A stretch of 64,000 nucleotides of DNA, taken from assembly GCF_003334315.1 (NCBI RefSeq), contig NZ_QOWR01000009.1; one strand, given 5' to 3'. Numbering within the stretch: the stretch's first letter is position 1; each line of letters begins with the position of its first letter. Origin of the DNA: Escherichia coli. Lineage in GTDB: Bacteria > Pseudomonadota > Gammaproteobacteria > Enterobacterales > Enterobacteriaceae. Positions 1 to 11,500 of this stretch are shown here, piece by piece. The position numbers and the translations under genes were made by a program. The notes under the pieces are model-generated. The model searched no databases. It saw only the letters and a program-made list of their open reading frames with translations, and was not told where the DNA came from.

Positions 1-518
1 CAGAGAAGATAACACATCACCTGATTGCACTGAGTTATCTGTCAGTTTCAGGTATTTTGCTTTAAACGGAATAGCATATTGACCTTCCGCTGTTTTATAA
101 CTCTCAATGTTAAAAGGTGCAGAAACATCCAGGACATCGCTGTTATCACCTAAATAGAGATAGTAACCCACGGTATCGTTGCTACTGGCTATCGCCTTAT
201 CGTTACCGGTTATTTTATCGTTGGTAATCAACGAGAGTTTTACACCAGCAACTTCTTTCGGGCAGCTAATTTTTAACATGCTGCTGGTTACACCGACTGC
301 ATCATCATAGGTAGAATATTTAGCTTTACCTTCAAAGACACTGGTTGGTACAGTCGGCATATTAATACTTACTGAATCACCACCCGCTTCGAATTTACAC
401 GGAGATTCTGCAATATTCCCCTTAATAGTTAATGTTCCGGTATCAACGTCTGCAGCAAATACTCCAGCGCTCATAAAAAAAGAAGAAAAGACAGCGGCAG
501 CAATAATTGAACGTTTCA
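1..518 (-). CDS. yehD: Fimbrial subunit-like protein, partial (C-terminal end cut by window start)
   Basis: Reverse-strand ATG at 516-518 (CAT on + strand); translation MKRSIIAAAVFSSFFMSAGVFAADVDTGTLTIKGNIAESPCKF... has a signal peptide and fimbrial-subunit character; not in ORF track because it runs off the window. Confidence 0.75.
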
Positions 519-743
519 TAATATGTTCCTTAATAAAATTTATTTTTGGTTGTTAAGAGTCTGTATCTCTTGGAAACAAATTTCTCACATCAAAAAAGTT
601 GCCGCAATGTAAACACATTGTTTTATTGATTTAAAAAAAATTAACAATTGCAATATAAATACAACAAATATTTAAGAGTATTAACTATTTATCGCATCTA
701 TCAATTAATGTAGATTTATGTAAATGGTATTGTTGATATCAAT

Positions 744-780
744 AAAAAAGCCGAAATCATTTATATAAATGATTTCGGCT
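744..780 (-). terminator. Intrinsic terminator downstream of yehE
   Basis: Inverted repeat agccgaaatcat / atgatttcggct (749-780) followed on the minus strand by a T-run (A-run 744-749 on +). Confidence 0.55.
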
Positions 781-811
781 TTCTAAATGCAATTAAAATC
801 AGGTTGCCAAA

Positions 812-1093
812 TTAATCGTAGCGATTTAACACGATTCGACGTTTGCTATCGCTACCTGCAACAACCACTTCTGTCGTTACACCTTTGACGGGCGAAGAAA
901 ACAGATGACGGGTGTCAACATTATACGTTAACTGACCACAATGCTGTTGAGGTTGACCATTAACCATAGCCATACTGCATGTTGGGGGACTGATCCTGCC
1001 ATTAATCGCTAATGTGGCAGTCTCTGAAGAGAATGCGGGAGAAGCCAATCCATAGGCAAGAAAAATAATTCCTGACAGCCAATACTTATTCAT
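812..1093 (-). CDS. yehE: Small secreted protein YehE-like (93 aa)
   Basis: ORF track 812..1093 (-), 93 aa, N-terminal signal peptide; position between fimbrial gene and apbC matches E. coli yehE. Confidence 0.75.
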   Translation of the reverse strand: MNKYWLSGIIFLAYGLASPAFSSETATLAINGRISPPTCSMAMVNGQPQQHCGQLTYNVDTRHLFSSPVKGVTTEVVVAGSDSKRRIVLNRYD

Positions 1094-1282
1094 TGAACGT
1101 TATCCCTGTAGTAAAGGTTATGCCTGGATAGAATGAGTGCATAACAAACTATAGCTGTACATCCACTACACAGCCACGAAGGATGATAATGAAGCATTGC
1201 CTGTATGATCAATCGACTTTGTAGAGTTTCGGACGAAGGTCCGCAGAATATTCGCAGTATTAAATAAGTGTTCATTAATGCG

Positions 1283-1325
1283 GCAAAAACTAATACACCG
1301 CATCAATGTAACATCTCTGCGGTGT
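1283..1325 (-). terminator. Putative terminator downstream of apbC
   Basis: 7-bp inverted repeat acaccgc ... gcggtgt (1295-1301 / 1319-1325) followed on minus strand by T-rich tract; long loop so only moderate. Confidence 0.35.
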
Positions 1326-1355
1326 ATGAAGAATAACCAGAATGGTTAATAGGCG

Positions 1356-2465
1356 TTAGACCGCGCGGAAGGAAATCTCGCCTGGAATGACTTCACCCTG
1401 CCAGTAGAGCTGAGCTGCAACGCGGTCAGCCAGCTGGCGGTAGATAGCGGTAAATTCGCTCTCCGGACGGCTGATAACCGTTGGCGTACCTTTATCGAGA
1501 TCCTCACGTAAGGAGATGTGTAACGGCATCTGCCCCAGCAGCTGTGTATGGTATTTTTCAGCCAGTTTCTCTGCACCACCGGTACCGAAAATCGGTTCAT
1601 GGTGACCACAGTTACTGCAAATATGCACACTCATGTTCTCGACAATACCGAGCACCGGAACCTCGACTTTCTCGAACATCACAATGCCTTTTTTCGCATC
1701 GATCAGCGCGATGTCCTGCGGGGTGGTGACCACGACTGCACCGGTTACTGGAATGTTTTGCGCCAGCGTCAATTGAATGTCACCGGTGCCTGGCGGCATA
1801 TCAAGCACCAGATAGTCGAGATCCGGCCACAAGGTTTCCTGCAACATCTGCATTAACGCCTTGCTCGCCATCGGTCCACGCCACACCATCGCATTGTCGT
1901 CAGTGACCAGATAACCAATTGAATTGGTTGCCAGGCCATGAGACATAATCGGTGCCATATGGGTACCGTCCGGCGAAGTTGGACGCTGATTTTCTGCGCC
2001 CAACATTGTTGGGATTGATGGGCCGTAGATATCGGCGTCCAGAATGCCGACTTTCGCCCCTTCTGCCGCCAGCGCCAGTGCCAGGTTTACCGCCGTGGAC
2101 GATTTACCCACGCCGCCTTTACCGGAACTCACCGCGATAATGTTCTTCACACCGTTAATTCCCGGCTGATTCTTCACGCGTTTCAGAGTGGCTATGTTAT
2201 ACGACAGTTTCCAGTCGATAGCTTTCGCCCCGGTGATGCGCAGCAGTTCGGCGCTACATTGCTCTTTTAACTCTTCGAACGCGCTATGCCAGACAAACGG
2301 CATAACCAGTTCCACATGCAACGTGTCGTCCATCCAGGCGACATGGTGCAACGCTTTCAGCGTGGTGAGGTTATGCTTCAGGGTTGGGTGCTGAAAATTG
2401 GCCAGTGTCCCGGCGACCATTGCGCGCAAGGCTTCTGGTGATTTGGCCTGGGATTGTTCGTTCAT
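1356..2465 (-). CDS. apbC: Fe-S cluster carrier ATPase ApbC/Mrp (369 aa)
   Basis: ORF 1356..2495 (-) trimmed to internal Met giving MNEQSQAKSPEALRAMV...; P-loop motif SGKGGVGKS; divergent from metG as in E. coli. Confidence 0.93.
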   Translation of the reverse strand: MNEQSQAKSPEALRAMVAGTLANFQHPTLKHNLTTLKALHHVAWMDDTLHVELVMPFVWHSAFEELKEQCSAELLRITGAKAIDWKLSYNIATLKRVKNQPGINGVKNIIAVSSGKGGVGKSSTAVNLALALAAEGAKVGILDADIYGPSIPTMLGAENQRPTSPDGTHMAPIMSHGLATNSIGYLVTDDNAMVWRGPMASKALMQMLQETLWPDLDYLVLDMPPGTGDIQLTLAQNIPVTGAVVVTTPQDIALIDAKKGIVMFEKVEVPVLGIVENMSVHICSNCGHHEPIFGTGGAEKLAEKYHTQLLGQMPLHISLREDLDKGTPTVISRPESEFTAIYRQLADRVAAQLYWQGEVIPGEISFRAV

Positions 2466-2596
2466 CCCGACTCCTTTTTTGTATAGATAAACCATCAGCT
2501 GATAGTTTACCTGAAGAATATAGAGAAGTACTTACTTAACATTTTCCCATTTGGTACTATCTAACCCCTTTTCACTATTAAGAAGTAATGCCTACT

Positions 2597-4630
2597 ATGA
2601 CTCAAGTCGCGAAGAAAATTCTGGTGACGTGCGCACTGCCGTACGCTAACGGCTCAATCCACCTCGGCCATATGCTGGAGCACATCCAGGCTGATGTCTG
2701 GGTCCGTTACCAGCGAATGCGCGGCCACGAGGTCAACTTCATCTGCGCCGACGATGCCCACGGTACACCGATCATGCTGAAAGCTCAGCAGCTTGGTATC
2801 ACCCCGGAGCAGATGATTGGCGAAATGAGTCAGGAGCATCAGACTGATTTCGCAGGCTTTAACATCAGCTATGACAACTATCACTCGACGCACAGCGAAG
2901 AGAACCGCCAGTTGTCAGAACTTATCTACTCTCGCCTGAAAGAGAACGGTTTTATTAAAAACCGCACCATCTCTCAGCTGTACGATCCGGAAAAAGGCAT
3001 GTTCCTGCCGGACCGTTTTGTGAAAGGCACCTGCCCGAAATGTAAATCCCCGGATCAATACGGCGATAACTGCGAAGTCTGCGGCGCGACCTACAGCCCG
3101 ACTGAATTGATCGAGCCGAAATCGGTGGTTTCTGGCGCTACGCCGGTAATGCGTGATTCTGAACACTTCTTCTTTGATCTGCCCTCTTTCAGCGAAATGT
3201 TGCAGGCATGGACCCGCAGCGGTGCGTTGCAGGAGCAGGTGGCAAATAAAATGCAGGAGTGGTTTGAATCCGGCCTGCAACAGTGGGATATCTCCCGCGA
3301 CGCGCCATACTTTGGTTTTGAAATTCCGAACGCGCCGGGCAAATATTTCTACGTCTGGCTGGACGCACCGATTGGCTACATGGGTTCTTTCAAGAATCTG
3401 TGCGACAAGCGCGGCGACAGCGTAAGCTTCGATGAATACTGGAAGAAAGACTCCACCGCCGAACTGTACCACTTCATCGGTAAAGATATCGTTTACTTCC
3501 ACAGCCTGTTCTGGCCTGCCATGCTGGAAGGCAGCAACTTCCGCAAGCCGACCAACCTGTTTGTTCATGGCTATGTGACGGTGAACGGCGCGAAGATGTC
3601 CAAGTCTCGCGGCACCTTTATTAAAGCCAGCACCTGGCTGAATCATTTTGACGCTGACAGCCTGCGTTACTACTACACTGCGAAACTCTCTTCGCGCATT
3701 GATGATATCGATCTCAACCTGGAGGATTTCGTTCAGCGCGTGAATGCCGATATCGTTAACAAAGTGGTTAACCTGGCCTCCCGTAACGCGGGCTTTATCA
3801 ACAAACGTTTTGACGGCGTGCTGGCAAACGAACTGGCTGACCCGCAGTTGTACAAAACCTTCACTGATGCCGCTGAAGTGATTGGTGAAGCGTGGGAAAG
3901 CCGTGAATTTGGTAAAGCTGTGCGCGAAATCATGGCGCTGGCTGATCTGGCTAACCGCTATGTCGATGAACAGGCTCCGTGGGTAGTCGCAAAACAGGAA
4001 GGTCGCGATGCTGACCTGCAGGCGATTTGCTCAATGGGCATCAACCTGTTCCGCGTGCTGATGACTTACCTGAAGCCGGTACTGCCGAAACTGACCGAGC
4101 GTGCAGAAGCCTTCCTCAATACGGAACTGACCTGGGATGGTATCCAGCAACCGCTGCTGGGCCACAAAGTGAATCCGTTCAAGGCGCTGTATAACCGCAT
4201 CGATATGAAACAGGTTGAAGCTCTGGTGGAAGCCTCTAAAGAAGAAGTGAAAGCAGCTGCCGCGCCAGTTACTGGCCCACTGGCAGATGATCCGATTCAG
4301 GAAACCATCACCTTTGACGACTTCGCCAAAGTTGACCTGCGCGTAGCGCTGATCGAAAACGCAGAGTTTGTTGAAGGTTCTGACAAACTGCTGCGCCTGA
4401 CACTGGATCTCGGCGGTGAAAAACGCAATGTCTTCTCCGGTATTCGTTCTGCCTACCCGGATCCGCAGGCACTGATTGGTCGTCACACCATTATGGTGGC
4501 TAACCTGGCACCACGTAAAATGCGCTTTGGAATCTCCGAAGGCATGGTGATGGCTGCCGGTCCAGGCGGGAAAGATATCTTCCTGCTAAGCCCGGATGCT
4601 GGTGCTAAACCGGGTCATCAGGTGAAATAA
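2597..4630 (+). CDS. metG: Methionyl-tRNA synthetase (677 aa)
   Basis: ORF 2588..4630 trimmed to [29 protein letters not shown] (HIGH-type motif HLGH), KMSKS motif present (AKMSKSRG). Confidence 0.97.
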   Translation: MTQVAKKILVTCALPYANGSIHLGHMLEHIQADVWVRYQRMRGHEVNFICADDAHGTPIMLKAQQLGITPEQMIGEMSQEHQTDFAGFNISYDNYHSTHSEENRQLSELIYSRLKENGFIKNRTISQLYDPEKGMFLPDRFVKGTCPKCKSPDQYGDNCEVCGATYSPTELIEPKSVVSGATPVMRDSEHFFFDLPSFSEMLQAWTRSGALQEQVANKMQEWFESGLQQWDISRDAPYFGFEIPNAPGKYFYVWLDAPIGYMGSFKNLCDKRGDSVSFDEYWKKDSTAELYHFIGKDIVYFHSLFWPAMLEGSNFRKPTNLFVHGYVTVNGAKMSKSRGTFIKASTWLNHFDADSLRYYYTAKLSSRIDDIDLNLEDFVQRVNADIVNKVVNLASRNAGFINKRFDGVLANELADPQLYKTFTDAAEVIGEAWESREFGKAVREIMALADLANRYVDEQAPWVVAKQEGRDADLQAICSMGINLFRVLMTYLKPVLPKLTERAEAFLNTELTWDGIQQPLLGHKVNPFKALYNRIDMKQVEALVEASKEEVKAAAAPVTGPLADDPIQETITFDDFAKVDLRVALIENAEFVEGSDKLLRLTLDLGGEKRNVFSGIRSAYPDPQALIGRHTIMVANLAPRKMRFGISEGMVMAAGPGGKDIFLLSPDAGAKPGHQVK

Positions 4631-4639
4631 TCCCCCTTC

Positions 4640-4670
4640 AAGGCGCTGCATCGACAGCGCCTTTTCTTTA
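4640..4670 (+). terminator. Intrinsic terminator after metG
   Basis: Hairpin aaggcgctg-catcga-cagcgcctt at 4640-4663 followed by ttttcttt. Confidence 0.65.
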
Positions 4671-4770
4671 TAAATTCCTAAAGTTGTTTTCTTGCGATTT
4701 TGTCTCTCTCTAACCCGCATAAATACTGGTAGCATCTGCATTCAACTGGATAAAATTACAGGGATGCAGA

Positions 4771-7700
4771 ATGAGACACTTTATCTATCAGGACGAAAAA
4801 TCACATAAATTCTGGGCGGTGGAGCAACAGGGAAACGAGTTGCATATCAGTTGGGGAAAAGTTGGCACCAAAGGGCAAAGTCAGATAAAAAGTTTTTCAG
4901 ATGCTGCGGCAGCGGAAAAAGCGGAACTTAAGCTGATTGCGGAGAAGGTGAAGAAGGGGTATGTGGAGCAAGCGAAGGATAATTCTTTGCAACCTTCCCA
5001 AACGGTAACGGGCTCTCTCAAGGTAGCGGACTTATCCACCATTATTCAGGAACAACCCTCTTTCGTAGCAGAAACCCGTGCGCCTGACAAAAATACAGAT
5101 GCTGTTTTACCGTGGCTGGCGAAAGATATTGCTGTCGTTTTTCCGCCCGAAGTTGTACACACCACGTTAAGTCATCGCCGCTTTCCCGGAGTTCCTGTTC
5201 AGCAAGCAGACAAATTGACCCAATTACGTCGCTTAGCCTGTAGTGTGTCGCAACGGGATAATAAAACAGCCACATTTGACTTCAGCGCCTGTTCTTTAGA
5301 ATGGCAAAACACCGTCGCCCAGGCGATCAGTCAGATCGACGGCCTGAAAACAACACAGTTACCATCACCAGTAATGGCTGTACTCACGGCACTTGAAATG
5401 AAATGCACAAGATATAAAGTGCGTGAGGATGTTATGGATCAGATCGTCCAGGAAGGCGGTCTGGAATATGCTACTGATGTAATAATACACCTTCAACAGA
5501 TTGATATTGAATGGGATTATGCGAATAATGTCATTATTATTCTGCCGTCTGGCATTGCACCTAGCTACTTGGAGCAATATTCCAGATTTGAATTACGCCT
5601 ACGTAAACATTTATCACTGACGGAAGAGTCTCTCTGGCAAAAATGTGCACAAAAACTTATTGCCGCAATTCCACATATTCCAGAATGGCGGCAACCATTA
5701 ATTGCTTTGTTATTACCCGAAAAACCAGAAATTGCACATGAAATTGCCCAGCGTCTACTGGGGCAAAAAAAATTACCCTCGCTTGAGTGGTTAAAAATAG
5801 TGGCGACTGATGAGCACATTCTTGCCTCATTAGAAAAATATCACGAACCATATGCCATTTTTGATGATTACTATTGTGGTGCGATATGGTCAGCCACCGT
5901 ATTACAGGAGCAAGGTGTTGCAGCCCTGCCCCGATTTGCTCCCTATGCCGCAAGTGACTACTGCGCCGATGTGTTGCGTCATATCAATCATCCGTTCGCA
6001 TTGACACTGCTTATACGTGTAGCCGGGCAAACTAAACGCTGTCACGATCGGATGACGAAAGCCATTGCTGCGTTCCCACATGCAGCAATGGCGGCACTGA
6101 CGGAACTTCTTGGGCAAAAAGAAGAGAACAGTTGGCGCATTATGCTAATGACAATGCTTATCTCACAACCAGCACTGGCAGAACAGGTCATTCCCTGGCT
6201 CTCGACACCCGCAGTTGCCGTACTGAAATCATGCCAGCAACAACTGACACAGCCCTCAAACCATGCCAGCGCCGATCTACTGCCAGCCGTAGTAGTCTCC
6301 CCTCCCTGGCTTTCGAAAAAGAAAAAATCGCCGATTCCGGTGCTGGATTTAGCGCCATTAGGCATTGAGCCAATCTGTTATCTGACAGAAGAAATCAGTA
6401 ATCAACTTTTGGCGAAATATATCTGGTATTCAAAACACATCACGGTTAGCCATGAAGAAAGTACTACCAACCTGTTGGCAAGGATGGGTTTTCAACGACG
6501 GATCGCTGGTACATATATTAAAGCTCCCGAAGCGGTAGTTGAGGCATGGCTAAATGAAGATTATTCAACCTTACTAAGTGAATTTAAGGTGTTTCATTCA
6601 CCTACCGGGCATTATTGGCAGTTGGGGATTTTGACAACATTGCCGCTGGAGAAAGCAGTAAAAGCATGGAATGCCCTTACCCTATCTCCACATACCGATA
6701 CCGAATACTCCATGTTACATTTTGGACTCAAAGGGTTACCTGGGTTAGTAAACTCACTTGCACGCTATCCACAAGAAGCCTTGCCCATCACGAATTACTT
6801 CGCAGCGAGTGAGCTGGCTCCTGCCGTCGCCCGTGCCTTCAACAAACTGAAAACGCTACGCGAAAACGCCCGTAGCTGGCTGTTGAAATACCCGGAACAT
6901 GCCCTTACCGGCCTGCTGCCTGCGGCGCTCGGCAAAGCCGGTGAAGCACAGGATAACGCCCGCGCTGCCTTGCGTATGCTTACCGAAAACGGTCATCAGC
7001 CATTACTGCAAGAAATCGCCCGACGTTATAACCAGCCGGAAGTAACCGATGCGGTGAACGCTCTGCTTGCGCTCGATCCCTTAGATAATCACCCGACAAA
7101 AATCCCCACTCTTCCGGCCTTTTATCAGCCATCGCTCTGGACGCGCCCGGTATTAAAAGCAAATGCCCAATCACTGCCAGATAGCGCCCTCCTCCACCTC
7201 GGTGAAATGCTCCGCTTCCCTCAGGAAGAGGCTCTGTATCCGGGATTATTGCAGGTGAAAGACGTCTGTTCCGCCGACTCACTGGCGGGATTTGCCTGGG
7301 ATCTGTTTACCGCCTGGCAGACCGCTGGCGCGCCGTCGAAAGAGAGTTGGGCGTTCACTGCGTTAGGCGTTCTCGGTAACGATGACACCGCCCGCAAACT
7401 GACGCCATTAATACGCGCCTGGCCTGGTGAATCCCAGCATAAACGCGCCACCGTTGGGTTGGATATTCTCGCTGCTATCGGTAGTGATATCGCCCTTATG
7501 CAGCTTAACGGCATCGCCCAGAAACTGAAATTCAAAGCATTACAGGAGCGGGCAAAAGAAAAAATTGCCGACATTGCCGAGAGCCGCGAACTCACGGTGG
7601 CGGAGCTTGAAGATCGGTTAGCACCGGATCTCGGTCTGGATGATAACGGTTCGCTGCTGCTGGATTTTGGCCCACGGCAGTTCACCGTCAGCTTTGATGA

Positions 7701-8565
7701 AACCTTAAAACCGTTTGTGCGTGATGTTTCCGGCAGCCGCCTGAAGGACCTGCCCAAACCGAACAAAAGCGATGATGAAACGCGGGCGAACGATGCGGTT
7801 AACCGCTACAAATTGCTGAAAAAAGATGCGCGTACCATCGCCGCCCAGCAGGTAGCAAGGCTGGAATCCGCCATGTGCCTGCGCCGCCGCTGGTCGCTGG
7901 AAAACTTCCAGCTCTTCCTGGTTGAGCATCCGCTGGTTCGTCACTTAACCCGCCGTCTGATTTGGGGCGTTTATAGCGCCGAAAACCAGCTACTGGCTTG
8001 CTTTCGCGTAGCAGAAGATAACAGCTCCAGCACCGCTGACGATGATCTTTTCACCCTGCCGGAAGGCGATATCTCTATCGGCACTCCTCACGTTCTGGAA
8101 ATATCACCAACGGATGCTGCCGCCTTTGGTCAGCTTTTTGCCGACTACGAACTGCTACCACCGTTCCGCCAGCTCGACCGTAACAGCTACGCCCTGACAG
8201 AAGCCGAGCGCAATGCCAGTGAACTGACCCGCTGGGCAGGCAGAAAATGCCCGAGTGGTCGGGTCATGGGGCTGGCGAATAAAGGCTGGATAAAGGGCGA
8301 ACCACAGGATGGAGGCTGGATCGGATGGATGATCAAACCTTTGGGTCGCTGGTCGTTAATCATGGAAATCGATGAAGGCTTTGCGGTAGGCATGTCGCCA
8401 GCCGAACTCAGCGCTGAGCAGCTCTTAAGCAAGCTGTGGCTATGGGAAGGCAAAGCAGAAAGATATGGCTGGGGGAGTAATTCAACACAGGAAGCGCAGT
8501 TCTCCGTAATCGATGCCATCACCGCCAGCGAGCTAATTAACGATATTGAAGCCCTGTTTGAATAA
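4771..8565 (+). CDS. yehH: Large MolR-like protein with N-terminal WGR domain (1264 aa), intact
   Basis: Single uninterrupted ORF; N-terminus MRHFIYQDEKSHKFWAVEQQGNELHISWGKVGTKGQ shows the W-G-K/R signature of WGR domains; remainder paralogous to downstream YehI. Confidence 0.85.
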   Translation: MRHFIYQDEKSHKFWAVEQQGNELHISWGKVGTKGQSQIKSFSDAAAAEKAELKLIAEKVKKGYVEQAKDNSLQPSQTVTGSLKVADLSTIIQEQPSFVAETRAPDKNTDAVLPWLAKDIAVVFPPEVVHTTLSHRRFPGVPVQQADKLTQLRRLACSVSQRDNKTATFDFSACSLEWQNTVAQAISQIDGLKTTQLPSPVMAVLTALEMKCTRYKVREDVMDQIVQEGGLEYATDVIIHLQQIDIEWDYANNVIIILPSGIAPSYLEQYSRFELRLRKHLSLTEESLWQKCAQKLIAAIPHIPEWRQPLIALLLPEKPEIAHEIAQRLLGQKKLPSLEWLKIVATDEHILASLEKYHEPYAIFDDYYCGAIWSATVLQEQGVAALPRFAPYAASDYCADVLRHINHPFALTLLIRVAGQTKRCHDRMTKAIAAFPHAAMAALTELLGQKEENSWRIMLMTMLISQPALAEQVIPWLSTPAVAVLKSCQQQLTQPSNHASADLLPAVVVSPPWLSKKKKSPIPVLDLAPLGIEPICYLTEEISNQLLAKYIWYSKHITVSHEESTTNLLARMGFQRRIAGTYIKAPEAVVEAWLNEDYSTLLSEFKVFHSPTGHYWQLGILTTLPLEKAVKAWNALTLSPHTDTEYSMLHFGLKGLPGLVNSLARYPQEALPITNYFAASELAPAVARAFNKLKTLRENARSWLLKYPEHALTGLLPAALGKAGEAQDNARAALRMLTENGHQPLLQEIARRYNQPEVTDAVNALLALDPLDNHPTKIPTLPAFYQPSLWTRPVLKANAQSLPDSALLHLGEMLRFPQEEALYPGLLQVKDVCSADSLAGFAWDLFTAWQTAGAPSKESWAFTALGVLGNDDTARKLTPLIRAWPGESQHKRATVGLDILAAIGSDIALMQLNGIAQKLKFKALQERAKEKIADIAESRELTVAELEDRLAPDLGLDDNGSLLLDFGPRQFTVSFDETLKPFVRDVSGSRLKDLPKPNKSDDETRANDAVNRYKLLKKDARTIAAQQVARLESAMCLRRRWSLENFQLFLVEHPLVRHLTRRLIWGVYSAENQLLACFRVAEDNSSSTADDDLFTLPEGDISIGTPHVLEISPTDAAAFGQLFADYELLPPFRQLDRNSYALTEAERNASELTRWAGRKCPSGRVMGLANKGWIKGEPQDGGWIGWMIKPLGRWSLIMEIDEGFAVGMSPAELSAEQLLSKLWLWEGKAERYGWGSNSTQEAQFSVIDAITASELINDIEALFE

Positions 8566-8574
8566 GGAAAGAGC

Positions 8575-11500
8575 ATGGACAAGGAATTACCGTGGCTGGC
8601 GGATAACGCCCAACTGGAACTGAAATATAAAAAAGGCAAAACGCCGCTCAGTCATCGTCGCTGGCCGGGCGAACCAGTGTCCGTTATCACTGGAAGTCTC
8701 ATCCAGACATTGGGTGATGAATTGCTACAAAAAGCTGAGAAGAAAAAAAACATTGTCTGGCGTTATGAGAATTTTTCACTGGAGTGGCAGTCCGCCATCA
8801 CGCAGGCCATCAACTTGATCGGCGAACACAAACCCTCAATCCCGGACCGGACAATGGCGGCGCTAGCCTGTATCGCGCAAAATGACAGCCAACAGTTGCT
8901 CGACGAAATCGTCCAACAAGAGGGGCTGGAATATGCGACTGAGGTGGTGATTGCACGCCAGTTTATTGCGCGGTGTTATGAGAGTGATCCTCTGGTAGTG
9001 ACATTGCAGTATCAGGACGAGGATTATGGCTATGGTTATCGCTCAGAAACCTATAACGAATTCGATCTCCGACTGCGTAAGCATCTCTCTCTGGCAGAGG
9101 AAAGCTGCTGGCAGCGTTGCGCCGACAAACTCATTGCCGCACTACCAGGAATAACCAAAGTTCGCCGCCCTTTTATTGCGCTGATCCTCCCGGAAAAACC
9201 AGAAATAGCCAATGAGTTGGTAGGCCTTGAATGCCCGCGAACTCATTTTCATTCTAAGGAGTGGTTAAAAGTTGTTGCTAATGACCCCACAGCGGTGAGA
9301 AAACTCGAACACTACTGGAGCCAGGATATATTTAGCGATCGAGAAGCCAGCTACATGTCGCATGAAAACCACTTCGGCTACGCGGCCTGCGCCGCCCTTT
9401 TGCGCGAACAAGGACTGGCAGCCATTCCGCGCCTCGCGATGTATGCCCATAAAGAAGATTGCGGCAGTCTGCTGGTACAAATTAACCATCCGCAAGTCAT
9501 CCGCACCTTGCTACTGGTGGCTGATAAAAACAAACCCAGCCTGCAACGTGTAGCTAAATACCATAAAAACTTCCCCCATGCGACGCTCGCCGCACTGGCA
9601 GAACTGCTGGCGTTAACAGAACCACCAGCCCGCCCTGGTTATCCAATCATCGAAGACAAAAAGCTGCCTGCACAGCAAAAAGCACGCGATGAATACTGGC
9701 GTACGCTGTTACAAACGCTGATGGCATCGCAGCCACAACTGGCAGCAGAAGTGATGCCGTGGTTAAGTACTCAACCCCAGTCAGTGCTGAAGAGTTATTT
9801 ATCGGCACCGCCCAAACCGGTTATTGATGGCACCGATAACAGCAATCTGCCAGAAATCCTCGTTTCACCACCGTGGCGTAGTAAGAAAAAAATGACAGCT
9901 CCACGTCTTGATTTGGCACCGCTCGAATTAACTCCGCAAGTTTACTGGCAACCAGGCGAACAAGAGAGGCTTGCCGCCACTGAGCCTGCCCGTTATTTCA
10001 GCACGGAATCTCTTGCGCAACGCATGGAACAAAAAAGTGGACGAGTTGTATTACAGGAACTGGGTTTTGGGGATGATGTATGGCTGTTTCTGAATTATAT
10101 ACTCCCCGGAAAACTGGATGCTGCACGCAATTCACTCTTTGTTCAGTGGCATTACTACCAGGGGCGGGTTGAAGAGATCCTGAATGGCTGGAACTCCCCG
10201 GAAGCACAATTAGCAGAACAGGCGCTCCGCAGCGGTCACATAGAAGCGTTAATTAACATATGGGAAAATGACAACTACTCACATTATCGTCCGGAAAAGA
10301 GTGTCTGGAACCTGTATTTATTGGCACAGTTGCCGCGTGAGATGGCTTTGACCTTCTGGCTGCGTATCAATGAGAAAAAGCATCTGTTCGCGGGTGAGGA
10401 CTATTTTCTCAGTATCCTCGGATTGGATGCGCTACCAGGTCTGCTGTTGGCTTTTTCACATCGTCCAAAAGAAACATTTCCGTTAATTTTAAATTTTGGC
10501 GCAACAGAACTGGCGCTGCCTGTTGCCCACGTCTGGCGACGTTTCGCGGCGCAGCGTGATCTGGCTCGCCAGTGGATTTTACAATGGCCGGAACATACGG
10601 CTAGTGCACTTATCCCTCTTGTCTTTACCAAACCCAGCGATAATAGCGAAGCCGCATTACTTGCCCTGCGTTTACTGTACGAACAGGGACATGGCGAATT
10701 GCTACAAACCGTGGCAAACCGCTGGCAGCGTACAGATGTATGGTCTGCCCTGGAGCAGTTGCTTAAACAGGGTCCAATGGACATTTACCCGGCACGCATT
10801 CCAAAAGCCCCTGATTTCTGGCATCCGCAAATGTGGTCCAGGCCGCGCCTTATCACTAATAATCAAACTGTTACCAATGACGCTCTGGAAATTATCGGCG
10901 AAATGCTGCGCTTTACCCAGGGGGGACGTTTTTATAGCGGGCTGGAACAACTGAAAACGTTCTGCCAGCCACAAACGCTGACAGCTTTTGCCTGGGATCT
11001 CTTCACTGCGTGGCAACAAGCTGGTGCCCCCGCAAAAGACAACTGGGCATTTCTGGCGTTAAGTCTCTTTGGTGACGAAAGCACGGCACGGGATCTGACG
11101 ACACAGATCCTCGCCTGGCCACAAGAAGGCAAATCTGCCCGTGCTGTCAGCGGCCTGAACATCCTTACCCTGATGAATAATGATATGGCGCTGATACAGC
11201 TGCATCATATATCGCAACGGGCTAAATCCCGCCCCTTACGTGATAACGCGGCGGAATTTCTTCAGGTGGTCGCAGAAAATCGCGGGCTAAGCCAGGAAGA
11301 GCTAGCGGACAGATTAGTCCCAACCCTGGGCCTTGATGATCCGCAGGCGTTGAGTTTTGATTTTGGTCCCCGGCAGTTTACCGTTCGCTTCGATGAAAAT
11401 CTCAACCCGGTTATCTTTGATCAGCAAAACGTTCGCCAGAAAAGCGTTCCCCGTTTGCGCGCCGATGACGATCAACTGAAAGCGCCCGAGGCACTGGCCC

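Noticed and set aside
1090-1275. 61-aa ORF between yehE and apbC
   Set aside because: No RBS, overlaps the yehE start region, no recognisable features; likely non-coding promoter/terminator DNA.
2915-3646. 243-aa ORF antisense within metG
   Set aside because: Lies entirely inside the well-supported metG coding region on the opposite strand; no RBS or recognisable domain. Typical shadow ORF of a GC-rich gene.
7221-7766. 181-aa ORF antisense within yehH
   Set aside because: Ser/Arg-rich low-complexity translation on the opposite strand of a strongly supported gene; shadow ORF.
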